A DNA stretch of 64,000 nucleotides from Octopus vulgaris. Its lineage: Eukaryota. The notes under the pieces were generated by a model. The model had not been told where the DNA came from and did not search any database. It was given only the letters and a program-made list of their open reading frames with translations. A program made the translations under genes and the position numbers. The stretch covers positions 27,032,001-27,096,000 of the forward strand of contig OX597827.1 of NCBI GenBank assembly GCA_951406725.2, given 5' to 3'. The stretch's first letter is position 1. Every line of letters begins with the position of its first letter. This document shows positions 41,329-56,042 of the stretch, one piece after another.

Positions 41329-41877
41329 ACGAAGTTTGTTCAAAAAGTTTTGGAACAACTGTTATGATAACGGAATTAATGTACGCAGAATGAAGCTGCT
41401 TGGCACAGATTGATTTTGAACTTTGTTGAGCATTCGCATTAGTTAAAACATTCTTGCTCAGTTCTGTTGTTTATGGCAAGGCTTCGAAGTAAAGTGTGTA
41501 GAGTGCAGTCGTCTCAAAAAGAAGACCGGGTTCCAGCAGCGGAGGGTCTCTCCTTGGTTGCGTCCAGGAAGAGGAAAACGTTTTGAAAACCGTCATAACA
41601 GGTTATGAATCAGGGCTATATGGTTATGACCCCGAAACCAAGGCTGACTTCTCAGTGGAAGACCCCCAGCAAGGTTCTGAGACGTCGAGGAAACCCAAGA
41701 GGATGCGACGACGGGTTTGTTTCTCCATCTCAAAAGGGTTACAGGAGTGTTTGCATCATAGGAAACGACGCTGGATCAAGTGAGCAGCTTCAGAAGGTGT
41801 CATCATCGAACAGGAAATATGTGTTGTGGTCTTCTTTTTATAGCACCAGTCCAGACACTTTTTGATCAGGACTTGTA
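41329..41877 (+). mobile_element. Internally deleted mariner transposon relic
   Basis: Peptide LKTVITGYESGLYGYDPETK resembles mariner ITGDE(S/T)WxYxYDPETK, followed by LQECLHHRKRRWIK. Degenerate TIRs ACGAAGTTTGTTCAAAAAGT / ACTTTTTGATCAGGACTTG-TA. Confidence 0.8.
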
Positions 41878-42315
41878 TTTAACAGTAAGTCTTTCCACAA
41901 TTCTCGGAAGTTAAATTCTTTGTAAATATCCACAGGAATGCTAAGTATCAAATGCAACTTGCTCACATTTTCATTGTCTTCAATTTTGTTGAGATCCCTC
42001 TTATGATAAACGCATTTCACACAAGCGAATCTACAGATAGAAATATTCGGTAACGTGTGAACTATACTAATAGATAATGAAGTACGTGCCGAAGAATTCT
42101 CCGGCTAATTACTTACTTACTTAATTAATTAATTATCTAGTGGAATTGAATATCTATGAATCCGTGTTCTCAATGGCATTTTAAAACACGAGACACTACG
42201 AGATTGGTTTCCCTCTGAAATATTGTACAAAGACAAAGTCTTCAGCGGTGCGCTAACGGCATGATAACTTATGGGAATATTTTAATGGACATGCCTCTGT
42301 GTGTATGTGTGTGGT

Positions 42316-42352
<37 letters not shown>

Positions 42353-42946
42353 AGTGTCTGTGTATATGTGTGGTGCGCGTGTGTTTGTGTCTGTCTGTCT
42401 GTGTCTATGTGAAAAGTATGTACATTCGTGCGTCTATACACACAGACATACTTTGTGTATAAGTTTGTAGCCAGGTACAGAGACAGACAGACAGGCAGAA
42501 GATAGATAAATAGATATTTAGTAGAATAAACATGATAAATAAAATTGAATACGTCTATATATATATATATATTACATATACATGTCTGTGTGCGTGCGTT
42601 TGTGTGTGAATTAATGAATGACAGAAGAAAGATGTTACATAATCAGTTTCATTAGCTTATAGGTGTATTTACTATAAGAAGAATTGTAACAGCTCCGAGA
42701 AAGCAATATGATGTCGCAGGAGCATTCACCTGTGAACGCAATATTTCCTACTGCCGAAACAGCTGTAAGCCAATGAAAGTGTTCACGTCACTTCTATTCC
42801 ATTGTCATGTCTTAATTGATGCTATGCTCAGGCCTTGTATTCTCCTGCCCTTTTACTGGAGATATTTAATACACTGAGATCTAACAACTGGTTATTAATA
42901 TCGCAATTCCAACACATAATCATTATATATATACACTCACACACAT

Positions 42947-43017
<71 letters not shown>

Positions 43018-43501
43018 CATACACGAATGTATACGTAACGACCTACCTTTATCTTAGCAAAACAAATGCAGTGAACTTCCTTGCCATATTTAAACTAAAT
43101 CACGGTTAAGAAAACATGAACAGTCGAACATTAAATTGGTTAACGGAGATTCCATTTGTTTATTCAACTAAACATGCATCATTGAAATATACACACATAT
43201 ATACATATCCATACATACATATACACATATATATGCATACACATCTGTACTGTGTATTGTTTGTATATTTCTGCTTATAGATCTAGGTTTATCTACCTTG
43301 ATACCTATCTCAACCTGTGTCTCTCACCCTCGTGTGTCTGTTACAGCTTGGATATTTTATTATGTCAAGTTATATATAAGAACAATTTAACATTAAATCG
43401 AAAAATTCCTCAATACATAGTTATTAGGCTTTGGCAGGAAAAATGTTTGATACCGACTGCAAAGTTTCAGCTTGTAGGGCTTCGTCAGTTATAAATATGT
43501 A

Positions 43502-43640
<139 letters not shown>

Positions 43641-43732
43641 CACACACACACACATACATATATGCATGTGTGTACGTATGCGTGTGTGTGTGTGTGTGTG
43701 ACTGTGTATCTACATATATGTAAATATATATT

Positions 43733-44216
43733 CTTTTATTCTGTTGTGTCACTCACTTTGACTGCGGCCATGCTGGAGTACCACCTTTACTCGAACAAAT
43801 CGACCCCAAGACTTACTCTTTGTAGGCCTAGAACTTATGCTATCGGTCTATTTTGCCAAAACTCTAAGTTACGGAGACATAAACACACCCACATCAGTGT
43901 GAAGCGATGGTGGAGGTATAAACACAGACACACAAACTCACACATACACACACACACGTGTTACCAATTTTGACCCTCCGTAAAATCTCAAATTTTATTT
44001 GATTTGCTTTGAGGGAGCAAGTGTTTTATCGAAGGCGTATTTTGTTAAATGCTCGAAATACGGGACTAGAAAAAGTGCCAACAACTGATGAAGGGGCGTT
44101 CTTTATGTTGTTTCTTTTGTTTTCCATTTGTGTCTTTCGTTGTTCGAAAAAATAGTTCATGTTCCATGTACTCGTACTTCGTACTTTTTGTTGTACACGT
44201 TTCGTGACGGCCTGTG

Positions 44217-44280
<64 letters not shown>

Positions 44281-44436
44281 ACGGGCTTCATTCAGTTTCT
44301 GTGTACGAAATCCTCTCACAAGGCTCTGGTATACCCAAGGTTATAGTAGAAGACACTTGCCCAAAGTGTCACGCAGAGAGACAGAACCTGAAAGCATGTG
44401 ACTGGGAAGCAAGCTTCTTACCACACAGCCACTCCA
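43733..44436 (-). mobile_element. SINE family A split by an insertion at its internal microsatellite
   Basis: 3' half at 43733-43950, 5' half at 44280-44436, unrelated sequence at about 43960-44221 between them. Confidence 0.75.
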
Positions 44437-44907
44437 TATATATATGTTTGTGTGCGTGAGAAATTTTGACTGGTGACTGTCGGTACTGCCACCTACGGTT
44501 GCCTTAAGACTAAGCGCGGGACATATATGTATATATATATATATATGTATATATATATACACACACATATATATACACACACACTTACACACACACACTC
44601 ACACACACACACACATACACACGTGCGGATAGGTGGAGATGTCTTCTTTTATTTATTAGTGCGTGGAAATTTATATACCATCTTTTTTGTCTTCAAAGTA
44701 CTAATTACGGTTCTTGATCAAAGATTTGCTGGTTATTAAATCTAGCACGAGGTGTGGGGGAGAAGGAATAGTAGTGGTAGTCGCGAAGGTTAGTAGTAGT
44801 GGTGGTGGTGGTGGTGGTGGTGGTGGTGGGGGAGTTAGTAGCGGTTGCTGTTGATACGGCTGTTGTTGCGTGTCAGATCTTGTCAAGCATGCCTATTACC
44901 ATCTCGT

Positions 44908-45516
44908 CTCTTTTCTACTTTCGGCACAAGGCCCGAAATTTTTTGGGAGGGTGGCAGTCGATTAAATCGACTCCAGTACGCAACTGGTACTTAATTTATC
45001 GACCCCGAAAGGATGAACGGCAAAGGTGACCTCGGCGAAATTTGAACTCAGAACGTAAACACAGACGAAATACCGCTAAGCATTTCGCCCGGCGTGCTAA
45101 CGTTTCTTCCAGCTCGCCGCCTTATAAAGCAGAAATATTCTTTTCTACTCTAGGCCCAAAGCCCGGAATTTTGGGGAAGGGAGCCAGTCGATCAGATCGA
45201 CTCCAGTACGCAACTGGTATTTAATTTATCGACCCCGAAAGAAGAAGTCAACTTCGGCGGAATTTGAACTCAGAACGTAAAGACACGAAATACCTATTTC
45301 TTTACTGCCCACAAGCGGCTAAACACAGAGAGGGCAAACAAGGACAGACAAACGGATTAAGTCGATTACATCGACCCCAGTGCGTAACTGGTACTTAATT
45401 TATCGACCCCGAAAGGATGAAAGACAAAATCGACCTCGGCGGAACTTGAACTCAGAACGTAGTGGCAGATGAAATACCGCTAAGCATTTCGCCCGGCGTG
45501 CCAGCTCGCCGCCTTA
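44908..45516 (-). mobile_element. SINE family B monomer plus dimer in tandem
   Basis: Three cores (near 45000, 45230, 45405) and two heads (CCAGCTCGCCGCC near 45110 and 45502). Confidence 0.88.
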
Positions 45517-46556
45517 TGTTTACCTCGTCTCTTTGAAGCCAATGAAGAAACCTGTCCGACGCCACTCCATCTGCTAGATATAGTAGCTAAATCGCCTTCC
45601 TGTCACTCGCCTCCCGACTTTGAAAAAAAAAAATGCGGTAAGGAAACGTTAGATAATGAAGTCATGCATAGAGATAGGTTCTCATAAAATCAGTGGGTTG
45701 GTCACACTTGGCATGCTTTTTGTTACTGTTCTACTCAGTCGCGGTTCACCTGTGGCCAATCGTCATCACCAACGCCGCCATCAGCATCGTTTATCGACTT
45801 CAATATCATCATCGTTATCGTTGTCGATTTCATCACCGTTGTCGACGTCATCATCGTCACAATCATCATCATCATAATTGTCTTTTCTTTTCTTTTTTTT
45901 TATAGATTTGTACTTAAAATGGGTACCTTTCGTTTTTTCTTTTTCTTTAAGACACCCGAATTGTATCAGAACGAGACTTGGCTACTATTTCTAACAAATC
46001 GAGCTACTGCGTTGATTCTCCCCTGTTAGAGCGTAATGCTGTTTGTTGCTGCTGCTGCTGCCGCTGCTGTTGTTGTTAAGGCTCAAAAACCAGCTTTCAG
46101 CGAGCAAATCGCCCGATCAAAATTGATCCAGTTATGACCATCCTGTTTTCTTTTCTTTTTTTTTCCTTTCGGGATCCAATCTAACAAAATCCTTCGATGT
46201 TTTAAAACTTACTGCGTGCTTTGTTATGATTTGGCTACAATTTCCAACACGTCAACCAACTACATAGAAGGCAAGACGCTTTCACCTAATCTAGTGATTA
46301 ATCTAATAATTACTTAATTAGTTATTTCAGTAACGACCTATTTGGTTGATTAGTTTAGCTAGTTCGCTTGATTGGCGAACAAGTCAAATTGCTCGTATAA
46401 ATCCTAGTTTTACTAAAGATCTGGTTACTCTTAATTATCACTTAATACTAATTGACACCGAGTTAGAAGCTTTGCGGTATTTAAGAGTTATCTTGCTAAA
46501 CTCTGATTTAAAATTCCGCCATTTTCTTCTTTCAGATCAGAAATATTGTTTTACTG

Positions 46557-46937
46557 TGGAGGCGCAATGGCCCAGTGTTTAGGGTAGCGGATTCGCGGTC
46601 GTAGGATCGCAGTTTCGGTTCCCAGACCGGGCGTTGTCAGTGTTTATTGAGCGAAAGCATCTAAAGCTCCACGAGGCTCTGGCAGGGGGTGGTAACGAAC
46701 CCTGCTGTATGTTTTCACCACTACTTTATCTAAATCTTTCATCCTGTTTCTGTTGTACCTGTATTTCAAAGGGCCAGCCTTGTCACATTTTGTGTCACAC
46801 TGAATCGCCTCTGAGAACTACGTTAAAGGTACACGTGTCTGTGGAGTGCTCAGCCGCTTGCACGTTAATTTCACGAACAGGCAGTTTCGTTGATCGAATC
46901 AACTGGAACCCTTGTCTTCTTAAGCGACGGAGCGCCA
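46557..46937 (+). mobile_element. tRNA-derived SINE family D with the family-C tail
   Basis: GGAGGCGCAATGGCCCAGTG head, GTGTTTATTGAGCGAAA...CTCCACGAGG core, CCAGCCTTGTCACATT...GACGGAGCGCC tail. Confidence 0.85.
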
Positions 46938-47044
46938 GGAATTGTTTTAGCATCATTGCAGTCGCATGACACTAAACATTTCTTGTCTTTATCTCTTTTC
47001 ATGGTGGTGGTCATGGGTAGACATTTATATCATGGTTTGTGAGT

Positions 47045-47390
47045 GTCTTCCGTTATAGCCTCGGACCGACCAAAACTTTTGTCAGTGGATTTCGTAGATG
47101 GAAACTGAAAGAAGCCCGTCGTATATATGTATACGTGTGTGTGTGTCTTCATGTGTGAGTGTGTGTATCTTCGTGTGAGTGTTTGTTCCCCTAACACTGT
47201 TTGACAATCAGTGTTGGTGTGTTAACGTCCTCGTACATTAGCGGTTCGACAAAAGAGTCTGACAGAGTAAGTACAAGTCTCAAAAAGACAAGTACCGGGG
47301 TCGATTCATTCGCCTAAAAGATTTCTTCAAAGCGGTGCCCCAGCATGGCCGCAGCCTAATGACTGAAACAAGCGAAAGGTAAAAGATTGA
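47045..47390 (+). mobile_element. SINE family A lacking its head
   Basis: GGAAACTGAAAGAAGCCCGTCG...CAGCATGGCCGCAGCCTAATGACTGAAACAAG. Confidence 0.85.
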
Positions 47391-48066
47391 CGCCTGCTTT
47401 GAGAAAGCCTCTTCATCTCACTGGAGTTAAAAACAGTTGAGAGAGGCATGGATGGAAACCTCGAATAGCCCAAGCTTATCATGCAAAACTCAAGTTATCA
47501 ACATCAAAGTCTATAAGAATTTAAGAAGACATGTTTAAGTTGGCTATCATCTTTTCTTTTTCTTGTTTCAGAATCTAGACTGCGGCCACACTGGAGCACC
47601 GCCTTGAAAATTTTTTAGATTACTGAATCGACCCAACTATCTTTTAAAAAATCATTTTTTTAAGCCAGGCACTTATTCCATCAGTCTGCTTTGTCGAACT
47701 GCCTAGTTACTGGGATGGAAACAAACCAACACCAGTTGTTATCGAGTGTAGAAGGAAACTGTATGGAAGCTCGCCGTGTAGATATATTGTATATATATGC
47801 GTGTGTGTGTGTGTGTTCGTACGCCATCCATCCACTGATTGTCGAGCGGCGATGAGTTGGTGACTTTGTAGAGTCATAGGCGGAGACAGAATGTGACACG
47901 ACAACGAGGGAACATTAATATTTAGAAAGATTTGGGATACAGAAACCAAGATAAAATGATTGAATGGAAACGATAATGATGGCAAGGTGGTGGAGAGGAG
48001 GGCGGCACAGAAGGTAACAATCACTGCGGTGACGACGGCATCGATGACGACGAGGATGAAGATGAT

Positions 48067-48100
<34 letters not shown>

Positions 48101-48240
48101 CGGTATTGGCGATGGTGATGATAAGGTTGAGAATGATGGGGCGGTGGAGTTAAAGGCAAAAGATAATTGAGACAATGGCAATGATGATGACAATGATGAT
48201 GATGATTATGATGTGGGAGGTGTTCATGATGAATGTAGTG

Positions 48241-48310
<70 letters not shown>

Positions 48311-48342
48311 CAGCAGCAGCAGCAGTAGTAGTAGTGGTAGTG

Positions 48343-48374
<32 letters not shown>

Positions 48375-48951
48375 TGATGTTCGTAGCGAACAGTATCGGA
48401 CATGGAAGTAATAATTGAAGGTATGCTGGTGGTGGAGGTGGCGGCGGCGGCAACAGTAGTGATAGTGGTGGTGGCGGTGGTGGTGGTGGTCACATGACTT
48501 GGGAAAAAAGTCATCAAACGGTTTCTTCTTTGTTTCGAGATTAGGAGTAGATGGCGCTGCTAGAGAAGCGCGAAGTGGTGATGGTGTTGGCGGTGTTGAG
48601 GGTGTTGGTGGCGGCGGTGATGGTGTTGGTGTTGATGGTGTTGGTGGTAGTAGTGATGGTACTGGTGGCGGCGGCGGCGGTGGTGACGGTGCTAGTGGTG
48701 GTGGTGGTGGTGGTGGTGGTGACAGCAGTGAGTGTTTTGGTTGGAGGTTTTAAAGGGAACGAGCTTTAAGTGAGCTGGTGTAGGGACTGGGGCGAAGAGG
48801 GAGGGGGGTGAGGAGGCGGTGAGCGATCACGCTTCGCTAAACCGCGTTATTACATTTCTTTCGACAGAGCAACACAAACAACGTTAACATCAACATCATC
48901 ATCATTATTATCATCAACAATAACAACATCACCACCAGCACCACCAGCACC

Positions 48952-48982
<31 letters not shown>

Positions 48983-49153
48983 ACAGCAACGACAATAACA
49001 TCACCATCAACGAGATTGAACCCAGCTAAAGGGGCCTCTATAAGGTCTTTCGATCTGCGAGATGTAACAACCAAATATCTCAGTTATCGCACCCTGTCAT
49101 CTTAAATGAAGGACACCTCGGGTAACGTAGTCCTACATAAACGACTTAAGCAT

Positions 49154-49290
49154 TCCTTCGGTATTGGTACATGAAGTCATTAACCCACACAGCATTCCCT
49201 CATGAAACAGATAAAGAAAGAGGCTTAGCTGAAAAACGTGGACGTCGTCTTCTCAGACAGGCAGACACTCTGTAGACCAATACCGAAGGA
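49154..49290. mobile_element. 137-bp element with perfect 15-bp TIRs (candidate MITE)
   Basis: TCCTTCGGTATTGGT / ACCAATACCGAAGGA. Confidence 0.6.
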
Positions 49291-49671
49291 TCGCTCCTAT
49301 TTGAATAAGTGAAAAGTAAGTACCAGGCTTAAAAAAAAGTACTTCACTCGATTAATTCAACAAAAAATTCTTCAAAGCAGTACTCCAGCATGGCCGCAGT
49401 CTAATGACTGAAACAAGTAAAAGATAAAAGATAACAAGAGAACCTCTCTGTCGAATTACTAGAAATAGCAGTCAAACCACCTGAAAATCATACCAAGGAG
49501 TATTAGAAAATTGAGTAATGTGTACTGGGTTATATGCACATAACAGAAAAAAAAACGGGATGGTCACAGCTGGAACTAATTTGGTGCTAAACAACTATAA
49601 GACTGTAGATGTAAAAGCCAATATGTCCCTCAAATGACATTCTATTTTTAAAAAGATAAACAGACCTGGAT

Positions 49672-49824
49672 CAGTGATCCGTAACCTTTTCCCTACACAA
49701 GATCCCATTTAATAAAATGAATTATCCCAAGGGTCCCATGCTTTTGAAGGGTTTGTCTCAGCTCACGGGCATTCAGTACTACTTTTGTGGACCATTGGGT
49801 TCGTGGACCTTGGTTTAGAAACTG
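49672..49824. mobile_element. Decayed hAT-Charlie-like MITE
   Basis: CAGTGATCCGTAACCTTTT start and GGGTTCGTGGACC..GGTTTAGAAACTG end resemble MER5-type termini. Confidence 0.4.
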
Positions 49825-51390
49825 TTTTGCTAGATATTATAGTCTAAGATATTCCCAAAAAGAAAAGGGGAATACTAAACTGGATGGTCACGGTAGGTTG
49901 GTCATGGCTGGAATGCTTTTGATCACAAATCTGGTCATTCAAGGCTGACTTGGATTTAAACGACAACAGTATCGACCTGTTAGATATAATAGCCAATCTC
50001 CCTCACATCTCATTAAAAAAATGTCGGGCATATTAAGATGGAGGAGCCGTAGTGAGTTAAAAAAAAAAGACGGGATTGTCTCGGCTGGAACGCCTTAGAT
50101 CAAAAGAGCTACTCACTCAGAACTGATATGGGGAATGGGAGGTGGTAAGCAACAGCATCAGCAGCCATATTAACGACAACATCAAAAACAACAATAACAA
50201 TATTTACAAATGCTTCCTCCGCCTTCGCCTCCTTTATTGTTTCCCCGGCCGACCATCCTCCCACTTCACTCCACCCCCTGAATCCTTCAATCTCATCTCG
50301 CCCCACTTCACCTTCCCCCCGTCTTCCCCACTTCACCTACCCCCACTTCATCTAGCCCCTCTTCCACCTCTTCACTTCCTCCTCTTCCCCTCCCCCTCAC
50401 TTCACCTCCCTCGCTCCTCTCCCCTCCCTCGTAGTGATGACAGACAACTAGATAATGAGATTCTACAAACGTCGCCCAATTTCATCCCTCTCTGAGTTTC
50501 AACTTCCCCTACACCCAACACCCGCATCGAGCTGGAATCCCCACCCGCCAACACACACATCCTCTTCGTTCCTTCACCAACGGCCTCCACCGTCCATCTA
50601 TTTACCACGATCCCCCCCATCTTACCCCCTTACCTATTTACCTACCTTTTCCATTTTCTTCCTCGTCCCTTACATTTCCCGTATTGTTTTCTCTTCCAGA
50701 ACATCATTCTTTACCGAATTTTTTTTAGTCTGTCAGTTTGTCTGTCTGTCTCTCAGTCTGTCTGTCTGTATGTATGTACGTATGTATGTATTATGTGTGT
50801 ATGTATGTATGTATGTATGTATGTATGTATGTATGTATTCATGTATGTATGCGTACGTGTGCATGTAAGTCTATAAGTCTATATGCGTGTATGTATGCAT
50901 GTATGCGTAGAAATATGTGCGTATATATGTGTGCGTGTGAATAGATATATGTATGCTTGTATGTATGTGTATAACTATGTTTGTATGAATGTATGTGTAT
51001 ATGCGTATTATGTGTGTATGTCAGCAGATATATGTATGTATGAATATTTGCTTGTATGTACGTATATGTGCATGTATGTATGTGCTTATATATATGTATC
51101 ACTGTATTTGTGTATGTCCATGCATACATACATACATATTTGTAAATATATACGTAAATATGTGTACATGTATGTATGTTTTCCTCTGTGTGTATAGCGC
51201 ATCATTGTGTATGCCTGTAAACATGTTCGTCGCTAATGGGGGGCATTGGGCGGCACTTACCCCTCATTATTCAATTACGCACCTTCAGATTAAGAAAACA
51301 CAGTTCACAGAAATCTTTGCCCACCCAGAATTGCCTGATGACTTGAAAAGCACACGGTATCTCGTTATGCAACCATCATATGTCACAAAG

Positions 51391-51622
51391 TACTGATGTT
51401 CAAAGAGTCTCTCCGCAGTAAGTGTTGCAAAATGAATATTTTTAAGAGGGTATAAGACAATAAATACGTACGTCCTTCAATGGTTAACATGTCGACACAC
51501 TGAAGGATACACAATGACTGAGGGACAATGGCTGACAATCGGCCGCCCACGCAATGATAACCAAGTTGCGCATGCGCAGAATGAAAAAAGTCACTGCAGA
51601 GAGACTTTTTGAACACCCTGTA
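51391..51622. mobile_element. Tc1/mariner-type MITE with TA TSD
   Basis: Left TA-CTGATGTTCAAAGAGTCTCTCCGCAGT versus reverse complement of right end TA-CAGGGTGTTCAAAAAGTCTCTCTGCAGT. Confidence 0.8.
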
Positions 51623-52429
51623 TATTACACGTTTCTACAAGTCAATATCATGTACTACAGTGTTAGCAGTGCTCTTAAATCACGTGTTAAAGCCATCTCT
51701 ACAGATTTTCTGTAGAAGTCATAACCAACACTGATTTTGCTACGAACTTTCGTATATGAGTCATCTATTTACTTTGGTTAAAATGTTGAACAAGAATTGA
51801 ACTATGTTAACTGAAAATTTCATGAAATAAAATGGTAATACATCATACATGCCAAAGTTCTTGTAAATAATTTTACATTGTACCACGAACATGTACCAGA
51901 CTTTGTGGATTGTCTATGATATTTATTGAACACGAACTTAGCTCTCAGGTTGATTATTCTGAACTAATTGATGATTTCGCGAAGTGATAAGTGCATCATG
52001 TTTGTCTTTGAAAGCTGCCTGGATTATAAAAATACTCTTTTATTCATATCTGGAAGTTTTACTTACTAAAATTTGTAATAGACCTAAATCAATTTATCTT
52101 GTACTTTTAAAGATGTTCTTTAAGATAATGTGTAATATTGAACTCTAGATAAGAAAAAGTAAAATTTAGCTATGAATAAAAGGTGTGTAGATTATGAATT
52201 TTGATTGACGGAATGGGACTTCGAGACAAAAAGTTGCAGGGGGGCATCTAAAAGTCACGCAACGGAGCTGTATCCGAGACGAGACGAAACGTCTTGAATT
52301 CGAAATGTCGGAGTAAAATCAGTGTTGGCCATAATGTAGATCTGTAGAAGTGACCTTAACACGGAATATTCTGAAGCACCTCCAGGCACCAAAGCCTGAC
52401 GACGGGTCTGCTGGTGTGTATATTAATTT

Positions 52430-52589
52430 CTCTTTTACTATTTTAATTGTTTCAGTCATTTGACTGTGGCCATGCTGGAGCACCGCCTTTTAGTCGAATA
52501 AATCGAACCCAGGACTTATTCTTTGTAAACACACCAGCATCGGTTGTCAAGCGATGGTGGGGGACAAACGCACACACACACACACACAC

Positions 52590-52669
<80 letters not shown>

Positions 52670-52823
52670 GACGGGCTTCTTTCAGTTTCCGTCTGCCATA
52701 TCCACTCAAAAATATTTTGGTCCGCTCGAGGCTCTAGTGGAAACACTTGCCGAAGGTACTACGCAGTGGGACTGAACCCGGTACCATGTGGTTGGGAAGC
52801 AAGTTTTTTACCACACCTGCGCC
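52430..52823 (-). mobile_element. SINE family A with internal deletion
   Basis: Tail GTTTCAGTCATTTGACTGTGGCCATGCTGGAGCACC through head GGGACTGAACCCGG. Confidence 0.88.
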
Positions 52824-52908
52824 TATGTGTATGGAAGTCTAAAAATATATATGCTTGTGTACGTACGTGGCATATATGTATGTCAGTTTTTCTGTCTTTC
52901 TCTCTCTT

Positions 52909-52967
<59 letters not shown>

Positions 52968-53889
52968 TTCTCTCTGAATGCAGGCATCTCTCTTCTCCCG
53001 TCCACACAAAAACACAATGCAGGAAATATACAACGGCATGCACAGTTCCAATTATTCATTTTACACGGTGCACAAGAAACCGGACGATTAACACAAATCC
53101 ACCGCTACCACCCTCATCACTACAACTATCACCATCTCCACCACCATCAACATTACCATGAATACCACCACCACCATTCCCGGAGCCTCAACCATCGCCT
53201 TCATCACCACTATGTAAAAACGACATAGACACCAAGAGGGAGAAATAGTAGCTAGTGAGAACTCCCTCAAAAGTCCCACAGGACTGTTTTTTCTTTCATC
53301 TTTTAGTGAGAAGCGAAGGCAATCTTCATGGTCCTTTACAGGGTTTTTGAGACAGCTGTCAGAGATTGATGGTGGTACACTCGGACCGAATCCCTGGCCC
53401 GAGAGCTTTCAAAAGTGTAGATTCTACCAAAGGCATCCAAGGTACTTGTAGTCGAGGTTTTTGTTAAGCTAGGCGAAGGATTAAATCTACCACCCAAATA
53501 GGCTATGGCGGAATTTGAACTCAAAACGCAAAGAGCCGGAACAAATACCGCAAAGCATCTTGCTTTGACCTTTTTACAATTTCTATCCCGAAACAGTAAA
53601 AAAACAAATATGACCTCGGTGTGGTTTGATCTTAGAATACAAGGATTCAGAACAAACAGTGCGAGTCGTTCTGTTCGACCAACTAAAGACTCTGCCGATT
53701 TACCGCCTTAAGAGAAAGGCTTTGACGAACCAACCATTTAATTACAAGGAAAATTAACTACAAACCGTTTGCGTGTCTTTTTTATTGGTTGTATGACTTA
53801 ACGAAATTTCAAGTGTGTGTATAAACAGCGGACGGAAGATGTAGCACAAGAACCAATAGAGCGGGAAGTGATGAAACCGAGGGGATAAA

Positions 53890-54235
53890 AAAGTGCGCTT
53901 ACTTAGGCCACACAGTTAACTTGTGCCGCGATATGAATGTTGAAATCTTAAAGAGAAGAAGGACAGGATGGAAAACATTTAACTCAATGAAGGACTGGGC
54001 TCAAAGCAAAGCTAGTCAACACCGTACGTGCCAAATTCTTCAATAGCACTGTCCTACCTGCGTTGTTATACGGAAGTGAGACGAGGTCTACCACGAAGGT
54101 TATAGAACATCGATTGGCTACAATGCAATGGGCTATGGAAGCATGCAAGCAGGGAATATAATTAAAAGAGCGCATTCAAAATGGAATAATTCGAGAACGG
54201 AGTGGAGTGAACGATGTAATCTACAGAATACCGAA
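53890..54235 (+). mobile_element. RTE-clade LINE fragment (RT thumb region), frameshifted
   Basis: Translates as CAYLGHTVNLCRDMNVEILKRRRTGWKTFNSMK, then VRAKFFNSTVLPALLYGSET and IIRERSGVNDVI, matching RTE YLG..EIxRRxxxGW and LFNSTVLPxxxYGSETW motifs. Confidence 0.8.
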
Positions 54236-54284
54236 AGCTCAAGTTCCTCTGGGAACTGGTTGTCAGACATAAAGATACACACGC

Positions 54285-54351
<67 letters not shown>

Positions 54352-54997
54352 GATCAATCGATCGATAGACAGGTAGATACGATGGGCTTCTTTCAGTTTC
54401 CGCCTAGCAAATCCACTCAAAAGGCTATAGTAGAAGTCACGTGCCCAAAGTGCCACGCAGTGGGACGAAGTGGTTGAGCAGTAAATATTTAACACACATC
54501 CACCCATGCAATTATATCTTCCGTCATTTTTGTCTATACCCATATTTACTGCCAAGGATGTGCAACTAGTGTCTACAAATCCCTTTCATTCGCTAATATG
54601 TCCAAACTCACGTGAGCCAAGGACAAAAACAAACTATTTCCAGTTTTCTGAGGTTTTATAGGAAACGCCGAAATTTTCTTCCAGCAAGATTAAGAAATTA
54701 TAAAATTATTTTCTTACTCAATTACCACGGTTTCTACTGCTGATGCCCATGCTGCTGTTACTGGTAGAAAATAGGATTTTGTGTTGCGAAAATGCTCCAA
54801 TATCTTCAGGGCATTAAATGCTAAGTGAAAAAACGTGGCTTCAACCGTGAAAAAGGAATTGGAACGTCACAGGTTCAATTTGCCTCAGAGCATACTAGCA
54901 GCTTGTTACATAGTGTTGCCACGGTTAGATCATGTGAATGTAGAGCACTTCATTCAAACGAGCTGCCAATACATATCTGTAAACATATATACAGGGC

Positions 54998-55028
<31 letters not shown>

Positions 55029-55171
55029 CACAGAGCACTACATGTGTGAATTCGCATGAATATTATTTGTGTGTGTGTGTCGGCGTGGGTGCGTGTGTTT
55101 ATATATATATGTATATATATATATATATATATATACATGGTTATATATGAATATTAAAATGGGTTTATATA

Positions 55172-55205
<34 letters not shown>

Positions 55206-55244
55206 TGTTTATATTCAAGAATATATCTATGTGTGTATACGTGA

Positions 55245-55299
<55 letters not shown>

Positions 55300-55949
55300 T
55301 GTATGTGTATGTGTGTGTGTGTGTATTTGTGTCTGTGTGTATTTATGCAAACACGTGTGTGTGTTTGTGTATGTATGTATGTATGTGCGTGCGTGCGTGT
55401 TTGCGTGTAAGAAGCAGGAGATATTGCGATTGCCGCTGGGTGTAATTTACCTTCCATCGCTCACCTTTCTGGAAATAAATGAAGCTGTGTAATAAAATTA
55501 AGTCAGAGACTCACCTATCAGAACTATCAAACCTGCCAGGCACCGGGGATCAGATGCAGCTACTGACCTTGCACTTGACACAGCAACCTATAGGTGTGGG
55601 TGTGTGTGGGTGTGGATTCACAAAAATACCAATGTGCCTCTGTGTGTGCATATATATTTATATATATACATATGTCAGTGTCTATATATGTATATGCATG
55701 TATGTATGTTTGTAAGTATGTATGTGTGTAAGTAGGTATGCACACGTACAAACCAATATACATAAATACACCACATGTGTTTGTATATAAATCACAACAT
55801 GCGTCATTTGTGCTTGTGTGTATTTTTATATTTATATGTGCATGTATGTATATATATATACGTTCATATATACATACATATATATATATATATATACATA
55901 TACAAACACACATGCTCTCAAATAGATAGACCGATAGGTAGAGAGAAAC

Positions 55950-56042
<93 letters not shown>

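Larger units (their letters stand above)
49030..50110 (+). repeat. Cluster of an old, diverged interspersed repeat (family E)
   Basis: Recurring motifs CGACCTGCTAGAAATAGCAGCCAAA and GGATGGTCAYGGCTGGAA; similar motifs near 13840(-), 31860, 34050, 40320-40440, 40710(-), 45570 and 45975(-). Confidence 0.5.

Noticed and set aside
55440-55590. Possible minus-strand exon (TAG...GTGAGT) and 4-nt microexon (TTCCAG-AAAG-GTGAG)
   Set aside because: Splice-like motifs only; weak polypyrimidine tract and no recognisable peptide.
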